Shown here piece after piece: positions 44,830 through 56,041 of a DNA stretch of 64,000 bases. Source of the DNA: Anaeromyxobacteraceae bacterium. Lineage in GTDB: Bacteria > Myxococcota > Myxococcia > Myxococcales > Anaeromyxobacteraceae. The translations under genes and the position numbers were made by a program. Every line of letters begins with the position of its first letter. Within the stretch, counting starts at the first letter, position 1. The notes under the pieces were generated by a model. The model saw only the letters and a program-made list of their open reading frames with translations, was not told where the DNA came from and made no database searches. Location: positions 416,001 through 480,000 of the forward strand of contig JAULAX010000018.1 in assembly GCA_032654565.1 (NCBI GenBank), read 5' to 3'.

Positions 44830-47400
44830 GTGATCGAGGCCTACCTGAAGCACGAGGCGGAGCGGAAGGAACAGGGCATCCCGCCCAAGGCGCTCGACCC
44901 CGAGCAGACCCGCGCCCTCGTGAAGCTGCTGGTCAAGCCGCCCAAGGGCCAGGAGCAGTTCCTCCTCGACCTGCTGGTCAACCGGGTCTCCCCCGGCGTC
45001 GACCCGGCCGCCGAGGTCAAGGCCGGCTTCCTCGCCGAGATCGTCAAGGGCAAGGTCTCCTGCAAGCAGATCGACAAGCTCAAGGCGGTCGAGCTGCTCG
45101 GCACCATGGGCGGTGGCTACAACGTCCCGCCGCTGGTGGCCGCGCTCAAGGTGAAGCCGCTGGCCGCCGCCGCCGCCACCGCCCTCTCCCGCATCATCTA
45201 CGTCTACGACGCCTTCGACGAGGTGCAGGCGCTGGCCAAGGCCAAGAACGCCGAGGCCCGGAAGGTCATCGAGTCCTGGGCCAACGCCGAGTGGTTCACG
45301 GCCCGCGCCGGCGTCCGCCCCACCATCAAGGTCAAGGTCTTCCGCGTCGACGGCGAGATCAACACCGACGACTTCTCGCCGGCCGGCGACGCCGCCACCC
45401 GCCCCGACATCCCGCTCCACGCCCTGGCCATGGGCAAGACCAAGTTCCCCGCTGGCCTCAAGACCATCGCCGGGTACCGCGCCGCCGGCTTCGAGGTGGC
45501 CTTCGTCGGCGACGTGGTCGGCACCGGCTCCTCGCGCAAGTCGGCCTGCAACAGCGTCCAGTGGGCCATCGGCGAGGACATCCCCTACGTCCCCAACAAG
45601 CGCAACGGCGGCGTCATCATCGGCGGCGTCATCGCCCCCATCTTCTTCAACACCGCCCAGGACTCCGGCGCGCTGCCCATCAAGGCCGACGTCTCGAAGC
45701 TCAAGATGGGCGACGTGGTCACCGTCGACACCGTCAAGGGCGAGGTCCGCAGCGAGGCCGGCGAGGTGCTCTCCACCTTCTCCCTCACCCCCGAGACCAT
45801 CGGCGACGAGTTCCGCGCCGGCGGCCGCATCCCGCTCATCATCGGCCGGGCCCTCACCGAGCGCGCCCGCAAGGTGCTCAAGAAGGGGGCCACCGACCTC
45901 TTCGTCATCAAGACCAACCCGGCCCCGAAGCAGGGGCAGGGCTACACTCAGGGGCAGAAGATGGTCGGCCAGGCCTGCGGCCTGCCCGGGGCGCTGCCCG
46001 GCTGGTACGTCGAGCCGAGGATGACCACCGTCGGCTCGCAGGACACCACCGGGCCGATGACGGCCGACGAGCTCAAGGAGCTGGCCTGCCTGAAGTTCCA
46101 GGCGCCCATGGTGATGCAGTCCTTCTGCCACACCGCCGCCTACCCCAAGGCGGCCGACGTGGCCATGCACGCCGCCCTGCCCACCTTCATCCAGGCCCGC
46201 GGCGGCGTGGCGCTGCGCCCCGGCGACGGCGTCATCCACTCCTGGCTCAACCGCCTGCTGCTCCCGGACACCGTGGGCACCGGCGGCGACTCGCACACCC
46301 GCTTCCCCATCGGCATCAGCTTCCCGGCCGGCTCCGGGCTGGTGGCCTTCGGCGCCGCGCTCGGCTTCATGCCGCTGGAGATGCCGGAGTCGGTGCTGGT
46401 CCGCTTCAAGGGCAAGCTCAACCCGGGCATCACGCTCCGTGACGTGGTCAACGCCATCCCGCTGGCCGCCATCAAGTCGGGCGACCTGACCGTGCCCAAG
46501 AAGGGGAAGAAGAACATCTTCAACGGCACCATCCTGGAGATGGAGGGGCTGCCCGACCTGACCGTGGAGCAGGCCTTCGAGCTGACCGACGCCGCCGCCG
46601 AGCGCTCCGCCGCCGCCGCCTGCGTGGCCCTCTCCCCGAAGACCATCGCCACCTACCTGCGCTCCAACGTGGCCCTGATGCAGAAGATGATCGCCGACGG
46701 CTACGGCGACAAGCAGGCCTTCGAGGGGCGCATCGCCGCCGTGCAGAAGTGGCTCAAGAAGCCGGTGGTGCTCACCGCCGACAAGAGCGCCGAGTACAAG
46801 AAGGTCTTCGAGATCGACCTGGCCACCATCACCGAGCCCATCCTGGCCTGCCCCAACGACCCGGACGACGTCAAGGTGCTCTCCGAGGTGGCCGGCACCA
46901 GGATCGACGACGTCTTCCTCGGCTCCTGCATGACCAACATCGGCCACTTCCGCGCCGCCGGCGAGATCTGGAAGGGGCAGAAGTTCAACCCGGCCGTCCG
47001 CACCTGGCTCTGCCCGCCCACCCGCATGGACCAGCAGCAGCTCAAGGAGGAGGCCTACTTCACCACCTACAGCGCCATCGGGGCCCGCATCGAGACCGCC
47101 GGCTGCTCGCTCTGCATGGGCAACCAGGCCCGGGTGCCGGACGCGGTGACGGTCTTCTCCACCTCGACCCGCAACTTCGACGACCGCATGGGCGGCGGGG
47201 CCAAGGTCTTCCTCGGCTCGGCGGAGCTGGGCGCGGTGGCCGCCAGCATGGGCAAGCTGCCGACGGTGGCGGAGTACTTCGCCGCCTACAACTCCAAGAT
47301 CGCGCCCAAGGCCGACAAGGTCTACCGCTACCTGCAGTTCGACGAGCTGGCGGAGTACTCAACGGCGCGGCCTTCAGGCCGCGCCACCAAGGTGGCCTGA
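44830..47400 (+). CDS. acnB: Aconitate hydratase B
   Basis: [65 protein letters not shown]. Confidence 0.96.
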   Translation: MIEAYLKHEAERKEQGIPPKALDPEQTRALVKLLVKPPKGQEQFLLDLLVNRVSPGVDPAAEVKAGFLAEIVKGKVSCKQIDKLKAVELLGTMGGGYNVPPLVAALKVKPLAAAAATALSRIIYVYDAFDEVQALAKAKNAEARKVIESWANAEWFTARAGVRPTIKVKVFRVDGEINTDDFSPAGDAATRPDIPLHALAMGKTKFPAGLKTIAGYRAAGFEVAFVGDVVGTGSSRKSACNSVQWAIGEDIPYVPNKRNGGVIIGGVIAPIFFNTAQDSGALPIKADVSKLKMGDVVTVDTVKGEVRSEAGEVLSTFSLTPETIGDEFRAGGRIPLIIGRALTERARKVLKKGATDLFVIKTNPAPKQGQGYTQGQKMVGQACGLPGALPGWYVEPRMTTVGSQDTTGPMTADELKELACLKFQAPMVMQSFCHTAAYPKAADVAMHAALPTFIQARGGVALRPGDGVIHSWLNRLLLPDTVGTGGDSHTRFPIGISFPAGSGLVAFGAALGFMPLEMPESVLVRFKGKLNPGITLRDVVNAIPLAAIKSGDLTVPKKGKKNIFNGTILEMEGLPDLTVEQAFELTDAAAERSAAAACVALSPKTIATYLRSNVALMQKMIADGYGDKQAFEGRIAAVQKWLKKPVVLTADKSAEYKKVFEIDLATITEPILACPNDPDDVKVLSEVAGTRIDDVFLGSCMTNIGHFRAAGEIWKGQKFNPAVRTWLCPPTRMDQQQLKEEAYFTTYSAIGARIETAGCSLCMGNQARVPDAVTVFSTSTRNFDDRMGGGAKVFLGSAELGAVAASMGKLPTVAEYFAAYNSKIAPKADKVYRYLQFDELAEYSTARPSGRATKVA

Positions 47401-47472
47401 GCACTCGGGTCCCAGCCCTCCGAGCCTGACCTCCTCTGTCGAGGCCAGGACAAAGGCCCGGCGCCGTGCACA

Positions 47473-47507
47473 TGAAGGGCCGCTCCCTCGCGGGGGCGGC
47501 CCTTTCA
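47473..47507. terminator. Intrinsic terminator hairpin between convergent genes
   Basis: AAGGGCCGCTCCC-TCGC-GGGGGCGGCCCTT, then TCA. Confidence 0.7.
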
Positions 47508-47536
47508 CATTCCATCCGGCCGGCCCGGCCGCGCGG

Positions 47537-48703
47537 CTAGTGCCGCAGCGCCCGCGGCAGCCTCACCTCGAAGGCGGTGCCGCCCTCCGGGGTGCTGGTG
47601 ACGCTGATGGTCCCGTGCAGGAAGCGCTCGGTGAAGAGCCGGGCGATGAAGGTCCCCTGCCCACGCCCCTCGCCCGGCTTGGTGGTGAAGTAGCGCTGGA
47701 AGACGCGGGGCAGCACCGATCCCGGGATGGCGGCGGCGTTCCAGACCCGCAGCGCCACGCCCTCGCCGGACGGCTCCACGGTGAGCCGCACCGTGCCGCC
47801 CGGCGAGGTGGCCTCGAAGGCGTTGACCAGCAGGTTGTTGAGGACCCGCTGCAGCAGGTCGGGATCGGTGTCGATGGACGGCACCGCGTCGGCCAGCGAG
47901 ATCCGCAGGGACTTCCCGGTGGCGGCCGGGTGGTGGCGGAAGAGCCGCTCGGCCAGGTCGACCACCAGCGGCAGCTCGACCCCCTGGCTGGCGGCGTGGA
48001 GGGCCACGGTCCGCTCGCTGGAGAGGGCCCGCTGCACCTGGAGCTCCCGGACCAGCTGGTCGCTCAGGGTGCGGACGTCGTCGATGGCCACGGCGTGCTC
48101 GGGGCGGACCGGGTCGGGGAGCGCCTGGGCCGCGGCGCTGAGCCCGGTGACCAGGTTGGCGAGGTCGTGGAAGAAGGCCCGCTCCAGCGAGGCCCGGCGC
48201 CGCTCGCCGCTGACGTCGCGGAAGGTGAGCAGGGTGAGCGGTTCCTCGCCGAGGTCGAGGGGGGCGGCCCGCACCCGCATCTCGAAGCTCAGCACCTCGC
48301 CTCCCCGATTCACCGCCAGCGAGCAGTCGCGCTCCTCGGGGACGGCCCGGGCGCTGGCGGCGACGATGGCCGCCGCCGCCCCGCAGCTGGCGCAGGCCTT
48401 GGCGGTGCCGCAGCCGCCGGGGGCGCTCACGGCGTGGACGCACTGGAGGGTCTCGCCCGGCCGCAGGCCGAGGGCGTCGGACGGGCTGAGGGCGCCGATG
48501 GCCTGCAGGTAGGCGCCGTTGAGCGCGATCACCTGGCGCTGGGCGTTGAGGATGGCCAGCACGCCGCCCCAGTTGCGCAGCAGCGCGTCGACGACGGAGT
48601 TGGAGGCGGCGCGCTCCACCTGGGCGCTGAGCAGGTCGCCGGCGGCCCGCTCGGCGGGCAGGAACCAGGTGGAACGCTTCGCCTGCGTGGAGACGGTGGC
48701 CAT
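47537..48703 (-). CDS. Cytoplasmic sensor histidine kinase with Cys-rich input domain
   Basis: FFHDLAN H-box, NLLVNAFE, FQRYFTTK, GRGQGT, GGTAF. Confidence 0.85.
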   Translation of the reverse strand: MATVSTQAKRSTWFLPAERAAGDLLSAQVERAASNSVVDALLRNWGGVLAILNAQRQVIALNGAYLQAIGALSPSDALGLRPGETLQCVHAVSAPGGCGTAKACASCGAAAAIVAASARAVPEERDCSLAVNRGGEVLSFEMRVRAAPLDLGEEPLTLLTFRDVSGERRRASLERAFFHDLANLVTGLSAAAQALPDPVRPEHAVAIDDVRTLSDQLVRELQVQRALSSERTVALHAASQGVELPLVVDLAERLFRHHPAATGKSLRISLADAVPSIDTDPDLLQRVLNNLLVNAFEATSPGGTVRLTVEPSGEGVALRVWNAAAIPGSVLPRVFQRYFTTKPGEGRGQGTFIARLFTERFLHGTISVTSTPEGGTAFEVRLPRALRH

Positions 48704-48826
48704 GAAGGACTCCCCCCCCGGGGACGGCGCCGGGACCGCACGACGAAAAAGCCTAGCGCGGAGGGTGGGGGATCCAAAGGGGTGACGCGGGCCCCTCCCG
48801 TACAGGGGCCTCCCGATGGCCGCGAC

Positions 48827-51082
48827 TCAACGTCGCGCCGCCTCGAAGGCGCAGCGCCGGATCCCGGCCTCGGCGCGGGCCCGGTCGGCGCCCCCGGTGG
48901 CCTCGGCGTGCAGCGCGGCCCACTCGGCGGCCCCGTCGCCGGTCGCCCCGGCCAGGCAGCGGGTCTCGGCGAGCAGGGCGCGGGTCTCCTGCCGCAGCAG
49001 CGCGGGGAGCGGGCCTGCGGCGGCACGCCGGAGCAGCGGGAGCGCCTCGGCGACCTCGCCGCGGGCCAGGTGGGCCCGCGCCGCCAGGTAGTCGGTGAGC
49101 GGCCGCTCCAGCCGCTCCAGCCCGGGGAGCGCCGCGGCGGTGTCGGCCTGTCCCAGCAGCCAGGGTCGCGCCAGCCGCGCCAGCGCGGGATCGGCCAGGG
49201 CCGCCAGCTTGGCCTCCAGCAGGCGCCGTTCGTGCCGCTCGCCGCCGGCGTCGAGCGCCGCCAGCCACCCGGCGGCGGCCGCGTCCGGCTGGTCGCGCCG
49301 CCAGGCCAGGTCGGCCCGCGCCGAGGCCAGCGCCGCCGAGAGCGACGGGTCGGCGTCGCCCGCCGCCTGCGCCGCCTCCTGGTAGGCCGCCCCGGCCTCG
49401 TCGAGGGCGCCGCTGCGCGCCAGCAGGTCGCCGGCGCTCTTCAGCGGCCCGACCCGGCCGGTGAGCGCCGCCACCCGCCGCAGCTGGGCGCAGGCCACGG
49501 CGACGCGCCCGTGGCCGGCCTCGGACCAGGCCCGCTCCTCCAGCGCCGCCACCTCGCGGGCGCAGGGGACGGCGAAGAGGGCGGGGCGGGCGAAGCGGGC
49601 CCGGGCCGCCGCGGCCAGCCCCGGGGGGCGAGGCCGCACCGCCAGGAAGTCCCGCCAGTCGGCCACCAGCGACGCCAGCGGCCGGCCGGTGGCCGCCTCG
49701 AAGTCGCCGCTCCGGTAGAGCCGGGCCACCGTCGCGCTCCCGTGGCGCTCCAGCAGGAAGGCCACCAGGCTGCCGGCCGCCGTGTAGGCGCGGGCCGGGG
49801 CGGTGGACCAGAAGCCGGCCGGGCCGAGCTGCCCGGCCACGTCGGGGATCATCCCCAGGTCCCCCAGCGCCGCGCTCCACTCGTGGACGGTCCAGCTGCC
49901 GCGCGGCAGCTCCAGCGCCACCGCCAGCCCTTCCACCAGCCCCGCCGACACCAGCACGCCGGCCCGGGCCGGGACGCCCAGCGGCCCGGGGTCGAGCGCC
50001 GCGGCCACGGCGTGGACCAGCTCGTGGCGCAGCACCGGGTGGGGGAGGCCGGCCTGGGTGAGGTGGATCTCGCGGAGCCACGGCTTGGTGAAGTTGGTGG
50101 CGCCGGCGCCGACGTGGCGGCGCTTCTCCTCGTCGCTGCGGTGGAAGAAGACCGTGACCCGCGGCGGCGACGCCAGGCCGAGCGCGGCGGCGAGGTCGGC
50201 GGCGTGGAACTCGCAGTCGGCCGCCAGGGCGGCGCGGGCCGGGGCCTTGAGCTCGGCGGGGAAGATGAGCGTGCAGGCGGCGCCGTCGCTCCGGCCGCCC
50301 AGGGCCGCGGCGATGGCGGCGCGGTCCCCGTCCAGCACCCGGGCCCGCAGCTGGACCCGCAGGCCGGTGAAGGCGGCCAGCGCCAGCCCCAGGGCCAGCG
50401 CCGCGACCCGGGCCCGGCGGGCGTCGTGGCGGAGGGCGGCGGCCAGCGTGGCGCCGGCCCCCACCGCCACCGCCAGCGCCACCGTCGCGGCGCGGAAGAG
50501 CAGCAGGCGGGCGTCGAGCCGGAGCGCCTCGTCGTAGAGCGGCCCGGGCCAGATGCCCAGCAGGTGGTCGAGCGCGAAGGCGGCCGGCCCGCGCCAGGCC
50601 TCCAGCAGCGTCCAGCCGGCCGAGCCGAGCAGGGCCAGCGCCAGGCCGGCGGCCAGCCGGGCCCGCCGACCGGCCCAGGCCAGCGCCGCCGAGAGCGCCG
50701 CCGCCAGCCACGCCGAGGGGAGGGCCAGCACCGGGAAGAAGGCGGCGCCGTCGAGGGCGCGGCAGGGGCCGAGCGCGGCGCGGACCGCCACCGCCAGGAA
50801 GAGGAGCGCCAGCAGCGCCGTCGAGGCCAGCGCCGCCGCCAGCCCCGCCACCGCCGGTGAACCCCGGTGGCGGGCCCGCTCGGCGCTGGCCGCCCACCAG
50901 CCCAGGGGCGGCGCCAGGGCCAGCCCGAGCCAGGCGCCCACCTCGCCCAGCTCGAAGCCGGGCACGTCGAGGAGCGGCAGCAGGCCGCCGAGCGCGCCGA
51001 GCAGCAGCAGCAGGGCGGCGGCGGCCCGGACGGCGGGGCGGCGCAGGAGCTGGGCGGCGAGGGCGAGGGCGGGTCGGAGCAC
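48827..51082 (-). CDS. Membrane protein with HExxH zinc-peptidase domain and TPR-like C-terminus
   Basis: About six N-terminal TM segments, LRHELVH ... LVEGLAVA, helical Ala-rich repeats. Confidence 0.72.
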   Translation of the reverse strand: MLRPALALAAQLLRRPAVRAAAALLLLLGALGGLLPLLDVPGFELGEVGAWLGLALAPPLGWWAASAERARHRGSPAVAGLAAALASTALLALLFLAVAVRAALGPCRALDGAAFFPVLALPSAWLAAALSAALAWAGRRARLAAGLALALLGSAGWTLLEAWRGPAAFALDHLLGIWPGPLYDEALRLDARLLLFRAATVALAVAVGAGATLAAALRHDARRARVAALALGLALAAFTGLRVQLRARVLDGDRAAIAAALGGRSDGAACTLIFPAELKAPARAALAADCEFHAADLAAALGLASPPRVTVFFHRSDEEKRRHVGAGATNFTKPWLREIHLTQAGLPHPVLRHELVHAVAAALDPGPLGVPARAGVLVSAGLVEGLAVALELPRGSWTVHEWSAALGDLGMIPDVAGQLGPAGFWSTAPARAYTAAGSLVAFLLERHGSATVARLYRSGDFEAATGRPLASLVADWRDFLAVRPRPPGLAAAARARFARPALFAVPCAREVAALEERAWSEAGHGRVAVACAQLRRVAALTGRVGPLKSAGDLLARSGALDEAGAAYQEAAQAAGDADPSLSAALASARADLAWRRDQPDAAAAGWLAALDAGGERHERRLLEAKLAALADPALARLARPWLLGQADTAAALPGLERLERPLTDYLAARAHLARGEVAEALPLLRRAAAGPLPALLRQETRALLAETRCLAGATGDGAAEWAALHAEATGGADRARAEAGIRRCAFEAARR

Positions 51083-51148
51083 GGTCGGTCGAGGTGGGGC
51101 GGGGTGATCCTATCGGTCGGCGAGGCGGAGCGCTAACATGCCCGCCTC

Positions 51149-51543
<395 letters not shown>

Positions 51544-51547
<4 letters not shown>

Positions 51548-52035
51548 AACAGCGGCACGTCCTCGAACAGCACCCGGTCGCCCGGCCGGACGCCGTGCCG
51601 CGCCGCCCAGCCGCCGTTCACCTCCAGCACGTACCGGCTGGGGACGCCCGGGTCCCGCGGCGAGGTGGTGAGCGGCTCGGCCCGCTCGATGAGGCCGACC
51701 ACCCGGCCGCCGTCGTCGATGAAGAGCATGTCGAGCGGGATCAGGGTGTTCTTCATCCAGAAGGCGCGCGGCTCGCTCGCGGAGAAGAGGAAGAGCATCC
51801 CCGCCTCCGGCCCCAGGTCGCGCCGGTTCATCATCCCGCGGGTCCGCTCCTCGTCGCTGCGTGCCAGCTCGACGGTCACCGGGAGGCGGGCGCCGGCGGC
51901 GGTCAGGACGATCACCCGCGGCGCGACGGCGCGGGCCGGGGGCGCGGGGGCCGGGGCCGGCTCGGCGGGAGGGCGAGCGGCGCAGGCGGCGACCAGCAGC
52001 AGGGCGGCCGCCAGCCGGGCCAGGCGAGGGCTCAT
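51544..52035 (-). CDS. DUF192 family lipoprotein
   Basis: LVAAC lipobox, RGMMNR, GMLF, FWMKNTLIPLDMLF, YVLEVNGG. Confidence 0.88.
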
Positions 52036-52457
52036 CGCGGGACGGCGCAGTAGCTGGAGAACTGCAGGTCGGCGAGGTAGCTGGCCCGGGTCGCGGCGTC
52101 GAGGCCGGCCAGGAAGGCCGGGTCCATCACCACCTGCCGGCAGACCAGGCCGGTCTCCGACTTGAAGCAGTCCTTGTCGGAGACGCAGGGCTTGGAGCAA
52201 TAGCCGCACTGCGAGCCGGCGCAGTCGTAGTAGCGCTGGCCGGGGAGCTGCGGGGAGACGATGCAGACCAGGTTGTCGCAGCCGGCGTTGCCGGTCTCGA
52301 AGTACTCGGAGGAGATGGTGGCCGGGGTCGGCGCCGGCGGCGCGCCCGCCGCGGTGTTCCAGAGCAGCTCGCAGCGCTGGCCCACGTCGGGGGACTGGCA
52401 GCCCGCCAGCAAGGTGCTGGCGAGGATCATGGCCAGTGCTGAAGAGGCGAAGCGCAT
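52032..52457 (-). CDS. cglC: Cys-rich gliding-motility lipoprotein CglC/GltK (AgmO)-like
   Basis: LLAGC lipobox, GCDNLVC, GYCSKPC; divergent from the glt barrel genes. Confidence 0.68.
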   Translation of the reverse strand: MRFASSALAMILASTLLAGCQSPDVGQRCELLWNTAAGAPPAPTPATISSEYFETGNAGCDNLVCIVSPQLPGQRYYDCAGSQCGYCSKPCVSDKDCFKSETGLVCRQVVMDPAFLAGLDAATRASYLADLQFSSYCAVPR

Positions 52458-52610
52458 GGGGAACCAACTCCAACCGTTATCACGGTGCGAGACCACCCAG
52501 CAAGGAAGGCCCCCGGGAGGCGCCGCCGCCTCGGGGCGCGGCGGCCGGCCGCGGTCATTGCCGCCTCCCCGGGCATTCGCTACGATGCCACCGTTCAACC
52601 GCGAGCGTAC

Positions 52611-53387
52611 ATGCACAAGGGGCTGATCATCGGCTGGTTGGTCCTGGCCTTCGGTGCGCCGGCGGGCGCGCAGGAGCTCCAGGGACTCGACCTCTCCGCG
52701 CCGGCCAAGGCCGAGGAGCGGAAGCGCGCGCCGGAGCCGGCCCCGGCCGCCGGCGCCACGCTCTTCGGCGAGCGCGACGTGGCCCTGGGCGACCGGGTCA
52801 AGGCGGTCCAGCGCAAGGGCTTCCTCAAGCGCGGCCGCTTCGAGGTGGCCCCCATCCTCTCCCTCTCGGTGAACGACGCCTACTATCAGAAGGTGGGCGG
52901 CGGGCTGCGCCTGGCCTACAGCCTGCAGGACTCCTTCGCCCTGGCGGTGCGCGGCTCCTACTACACGCCGTTCCGGACCGACAACGTCCGCACCGGCAAG
53001 CTGGCCTTCCAGAGCCAGCTGCTCACCTCGCAGATCTACTCGCAGGCCATGATGGACGGGGTCTGGTCGCCCATCTACGGCAAGGCCGCCTTCCTCGGCG
53101 ACGCCATCGTCCACTTCGACCTCTTCCTCGCCGCCGGCTTCGGCGTGGTCTGGAGCGCCACCAGCGACCCGCCGCGCAGCGAGGGGCCGCACCCCGCCGC
53201 CGAGCTGGGCGGGGGCGTCCGCTTCTACCCGAAGGAGTGGATGGCCTTCGAGCTGGGGCTGATGGCCACCTTCTACCCGGACCAGCCCATCGTCTCGGTG
53301 CCGGCCACCATCCAGCGGGTCTTCGTCGCCAACGTGGGGGTGAGCTTCTTCTTCCCCACCTCCTCCGAGTACGTCTACCCGCAATGA
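52611..53387 (+). CDS. gltB: Outer-membrane beta-barrel, GltB-like by synteny
   Basis: Signal peptide, VKAVQRKGFLKRGRFE, WSPIYGK, GVSFFFP; A/B assignment from gene order only. Confidence 0.6.
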   Translation: MHKGLIIGWLVLAFGAPAGAQELQGLDLSAPAKAEERKRAPEPAPAAGATLFGERDVALGDRVKAVQRKGFLKRGRFEVAPILSLSVNDAYYQKVGGGLRLAYSLQDSFALAVRGSYYTPFRTDNVRTGKLAFQSQLLTSQIYSQAMMDGVWSPIYGKAAFLGDAIVHFDLFLAAGFGVVWSATSDPPRSEGPHPAAELGGGVRFYPKEWMAFELGLMATFYPDQPIVSVPATIQRVFVANVGVSFFFPTSSEYVYPQ

Positions 53388-54169
53388 GCCCCGCCGCCGC
53401 CACCACGCGCGCCGCCGGCCTGGCGCTCCTGCTCGCCGCCCTGGCCCCGGCCCCGGCCCGCGCCGCCAACAAGGCCGACGCCTTCGAGGGGAAGATCCAG
53501 CCCATCTCCGGGCAGCTCTACCCCAAGGCCGGCCGGCTCGAGGTCACGCCGACCGCCGGGCTCTCCTTCAACGACGCCTTCCTCAAGAAGTACACCGGCG
53601 GCCTCAAGGTGGGCTGGCACTTCACCGAGTTCCTCTCGGTGGCCGGCAGCTTCGCCATGGGCACCACGGTGGCCTCAGGCTCGGCGGTCGTCTGCCCCGC
53701 CAACCAGGGCTGCCACCCGGCCTCCAAGGCGCAGCTCTGGCAGGTGCCCGGGGCGATGCGCATGGTCGGCGGCGTCGAGGTGGCCTGGGCGCCGGTCTAC
53801 GGCAAGCTCAACCTGGCCGCCGAGCAGGTGCTCCACTTCGACCTCGCCCTCCTGGCCGGCGCCGACTACATCCGCGCCGACGAGGTGCTGGCCCGCGACG
53901 CCGCCGAGGCGCTGGCCATCGCCGGCGGCACCCCCGCCGCCACGGGCACGTTCGGCGGCCACGTCGGCGTCGGCGTCCGCATCTACCTGAGCCGCTTCAT
54001 GGCCATCCGCCTCGACTTCAAGGACTACGTCTACGCGGTCAAGGTCCCCAACTGGATCGAGGGGACCGGCAACCAGCCCCGCACCGACGTGCAGAACCAG
54101 CTCTTCTTCGAGCTCGGGCTCTCCTTCTTCTTCCCCACCAGCCCGCGCCCGGCCGGGGGAGGACCCTGA
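53384..54169 (+). CDS. gltA: Outer-membrane beta-barrel, GltA-like by synteny
   Basis: Paralogous to the previous gene (WAPVYGK, GLSFFFP); directly upstream of gltC. Confidence 0.6.
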   Translation: MSPAAATTRAAGLALLLAALAPAPARAANKADAFEGKIQPISGQLYPKAGRLEVTPTAGLSFNDAFLKKYTGGLKVGWHFTEFLSVAGSFAMGTTVASGSAVVCPANQGCHPASKAQLWQVPGAMRMVGGVEVAWAPVYGKLNLAAEQVLHFDLALLAGADYIRADEVLARDAAEALAIAGGTPAATGTFGGHVGVGVRIYLSRFMAIRLDFKDYVYAVKVPNWIEGTGNQPRTDVQNQLFFELGLSFFFPTSPRPAGGGP

Positions 54170-56016
54170 TGCGCCCCCTCGCCACCGCCGCCGTCCTCCT
54201 CGCCCTGGCGCTGGCGGCGCCGGCCCGGGCCCAGCTGGGGCTCGACCTGGGCGGACCGCCGGCCGAGGCCAGGAAGCCTGATCCCAAGAAGAAGGCGGAG
54301 CCGAAGAAGGCCGACCAGAGGAAGCCCGAGCCGAAGAAGGCGGAGCCGAAGAAGGCCGAGCCGCGGCCGACGGAGACCAGGCCCGCCGAGGTCCGGCCGC
54401 CCACGGAGCCCCGGCCGCCCGTCGAGGCCCGGCCGGCGCCCGAGCCCAGGGCCCCCGCCGAGGTCCGGTCGGCGCCCGGGGGCAAGGTGGTCGACGCCCG
54501 GCCACGGATGGAGGCGGCCCGGGCCCTGGCGGAGCGGAAGAAGCACGAGGCCGCCGCCCTGGCCTTCGACGCCATCCTCCGCGATCCCACGCTCTCCGAG
54601 GGGCACGACGAGGCCCGCTACCAGCTGGCCAAGGCGCTGTCGCTGGCCGGGCTCGACCACTCGGCGCTCAGCTACCTCGACGAGATCCTGGAGCGCGGCC
54701 CATCGCGCACCCGCTACTTCCACAGCGCCCTGGAGTGGCTCTTCAAGGTCAGCCGCTCCACCTCCAGCGAGCAGGAGGTGCTGCCGCGGGTGGCCCGCTA
54801 CGCCCGCGAGGGCGCGCCGCCCGAGTACCAGGACCGCTTCCACTTCCTGCTGGCCAAGTACGAGTTCGAGCGCGGCCGGGCCCTCGAGGAGGCCGGCAAG
54901 GCCGAGGAGGCCCGCACCTCCTGGCGCGAGGCCAGCCGGCTGGCGGCGCTGGTGCGCAAGGAGGCCGGCGCCTCGGCGACCCAGGTGGCCGGGGCCGAGG
55001 ACGACGGCGACATCTACGGCCGGGCCCAGTTCATCGACGGCCTGGCCCGCTTCGCCCTCGCCGACGAACAGTCGGCCAGCGAGAAGTTCAAGGACGTGGT
55101 GCGGCTCACCAACCCGCGCAAGGGGCGAGGCGGCGACGTCGAGCTGCGCGAGCTGGCCTTCCTGCAGCTGGCCCGGCTCCACTACCAGAACCGCCAGAAC
55201 CGCTACGCCATCTTCTACTACGGCAAGATGCCGTGGGGCGGGGCCCAGTGGCTGGAGGGGCTCTGGGAGGCCTCCTACGCCCACTACCGCATCGGCGAGC
55301 ACGAGAAGGCGCTCGGCAACCTGCTGACCCTGCAGTCGGCCTACTTCAAGGACGAGTACTTTCCCGAGTCCTGGGTGCTCAAGGCCATCGTCTACTACGA
55401 GAACTGCCGCTACCCCGAGGCGCGGCAGGTGCTGGAGAGCTTCACCGCCAGGTACGAGCCGCTCTACGACGAGCTGGTGGCGGTGGCCGGCCGGCCCTCG
55501 GCCCCCTCGGTCTTCCTGGAGCAGGCGGTCAGCCCCCGGGCCCGCCGGGTCGCCTTCACCGATCCCTCCATCAAGCGGCTCTCCGACGCCGCCGCCGCGA
55601 TCGACGCCGAGGTCGACCACGGCATCGGCGACCGCGGCGGTGACTTCCGCGCCTCGCCCCTGGCGGCGACGCTCAAGGAGCGGCTGGCGCGGCAGAAGTC
55701 GCAGCTCACCACCGAGGCCGGGCTGCGGGCCCGCGCCAAGCTGGAGTACGAGCGGGACCAGCTCCGCTCCATGCTGGCCCAGGCGCTGCGCATCTCCATC
55801 GAGGTCTCGCGGCAGGAGCGCGAGGCGCTGGAGGGCTCGCTGGCCGCCGGCAGCCAGGTCGAGGTGGTCAAGGACCTCCGCTGGACCCACGCCGTCTCCG
55901 ACGAGCACCTCTACTGGCCCTACGAGGGCGAGTTCTGGCGCGACGAGCTGGGGACCTACTCGTACACGTTGACCAAGGGCTGCAAGGACCGCCCGCCCCG
56001 GTCGGCGGGTCGCTGA
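54169..56016 (+). CDS. gltC: Gliding-motility TPR protein GltC
   Basis: Signal peptide, KKAEP repeats, TPRs, C-terminal YWPYEGEFWRDELGTY. Confidence 0.78.
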   Translation: MRPLATAAVLLALALAAPARAQLGLDLGGPPAEARKPDPKKKAEPKKADQRKPEPKKAEPKKAEPRPTETRPAEVRPPTEPRPPVEARPAPEPRAPAEVRSAPGGKVVDARPRMEAARALAERKKHEAAALAFDAILRDPTLSEGHDEARYQLAKALSLAGLDHSALSYLDEILERGPSRTRYFHSALEWLFKVSRSTSSEQEVLPRVARYAREGAPPEYQDRFHFLLAKYEFERGRALEEAGKAEEARTSWREASRLAALVRKEAGASATQVAGAEDDGDIYGRAQFIDGLARFALADEQSASEKFKDVVRLTNPRKGRGGDVELRELAFLQLARLHYQNRQNRYAIFYYGKMPWGGAQWLEGLWEASYAHYRIGEHEKALGNLLTLQSAYFKDEYFPESWVLKAIVYYENCRYPEARQVLESFTARYEPLYDELVAVAGRPSAPSVFLEQAVSPRARRVAFTDPSIKRLSDAAAAIDAEVDHGIGDRGGDFRASPLAATLKERLARQKSQLTTEAGLRARAKLEYERDQLRSMLAQALRISIEVSRQEREALEGSLAAGSQVEVVKDLRWTHAVSDEHLYWPYEGEFWRDELGTYSYTLTKGCKDRPPRSAGR

Positions 56017-56041
56017 GCAGCCGCGCAGGGGGGAACACCAC

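Noticed and set aside
47540..50860. 1106-aa plus-strand ORF, and similar long antisense ORFs such as 55868-59089, 34366-36867 and 44782-46947
   Set aside because: Shadow ORFs opposite well-supported genes; expected from stop-codon scarcity at high GC, with no motifs
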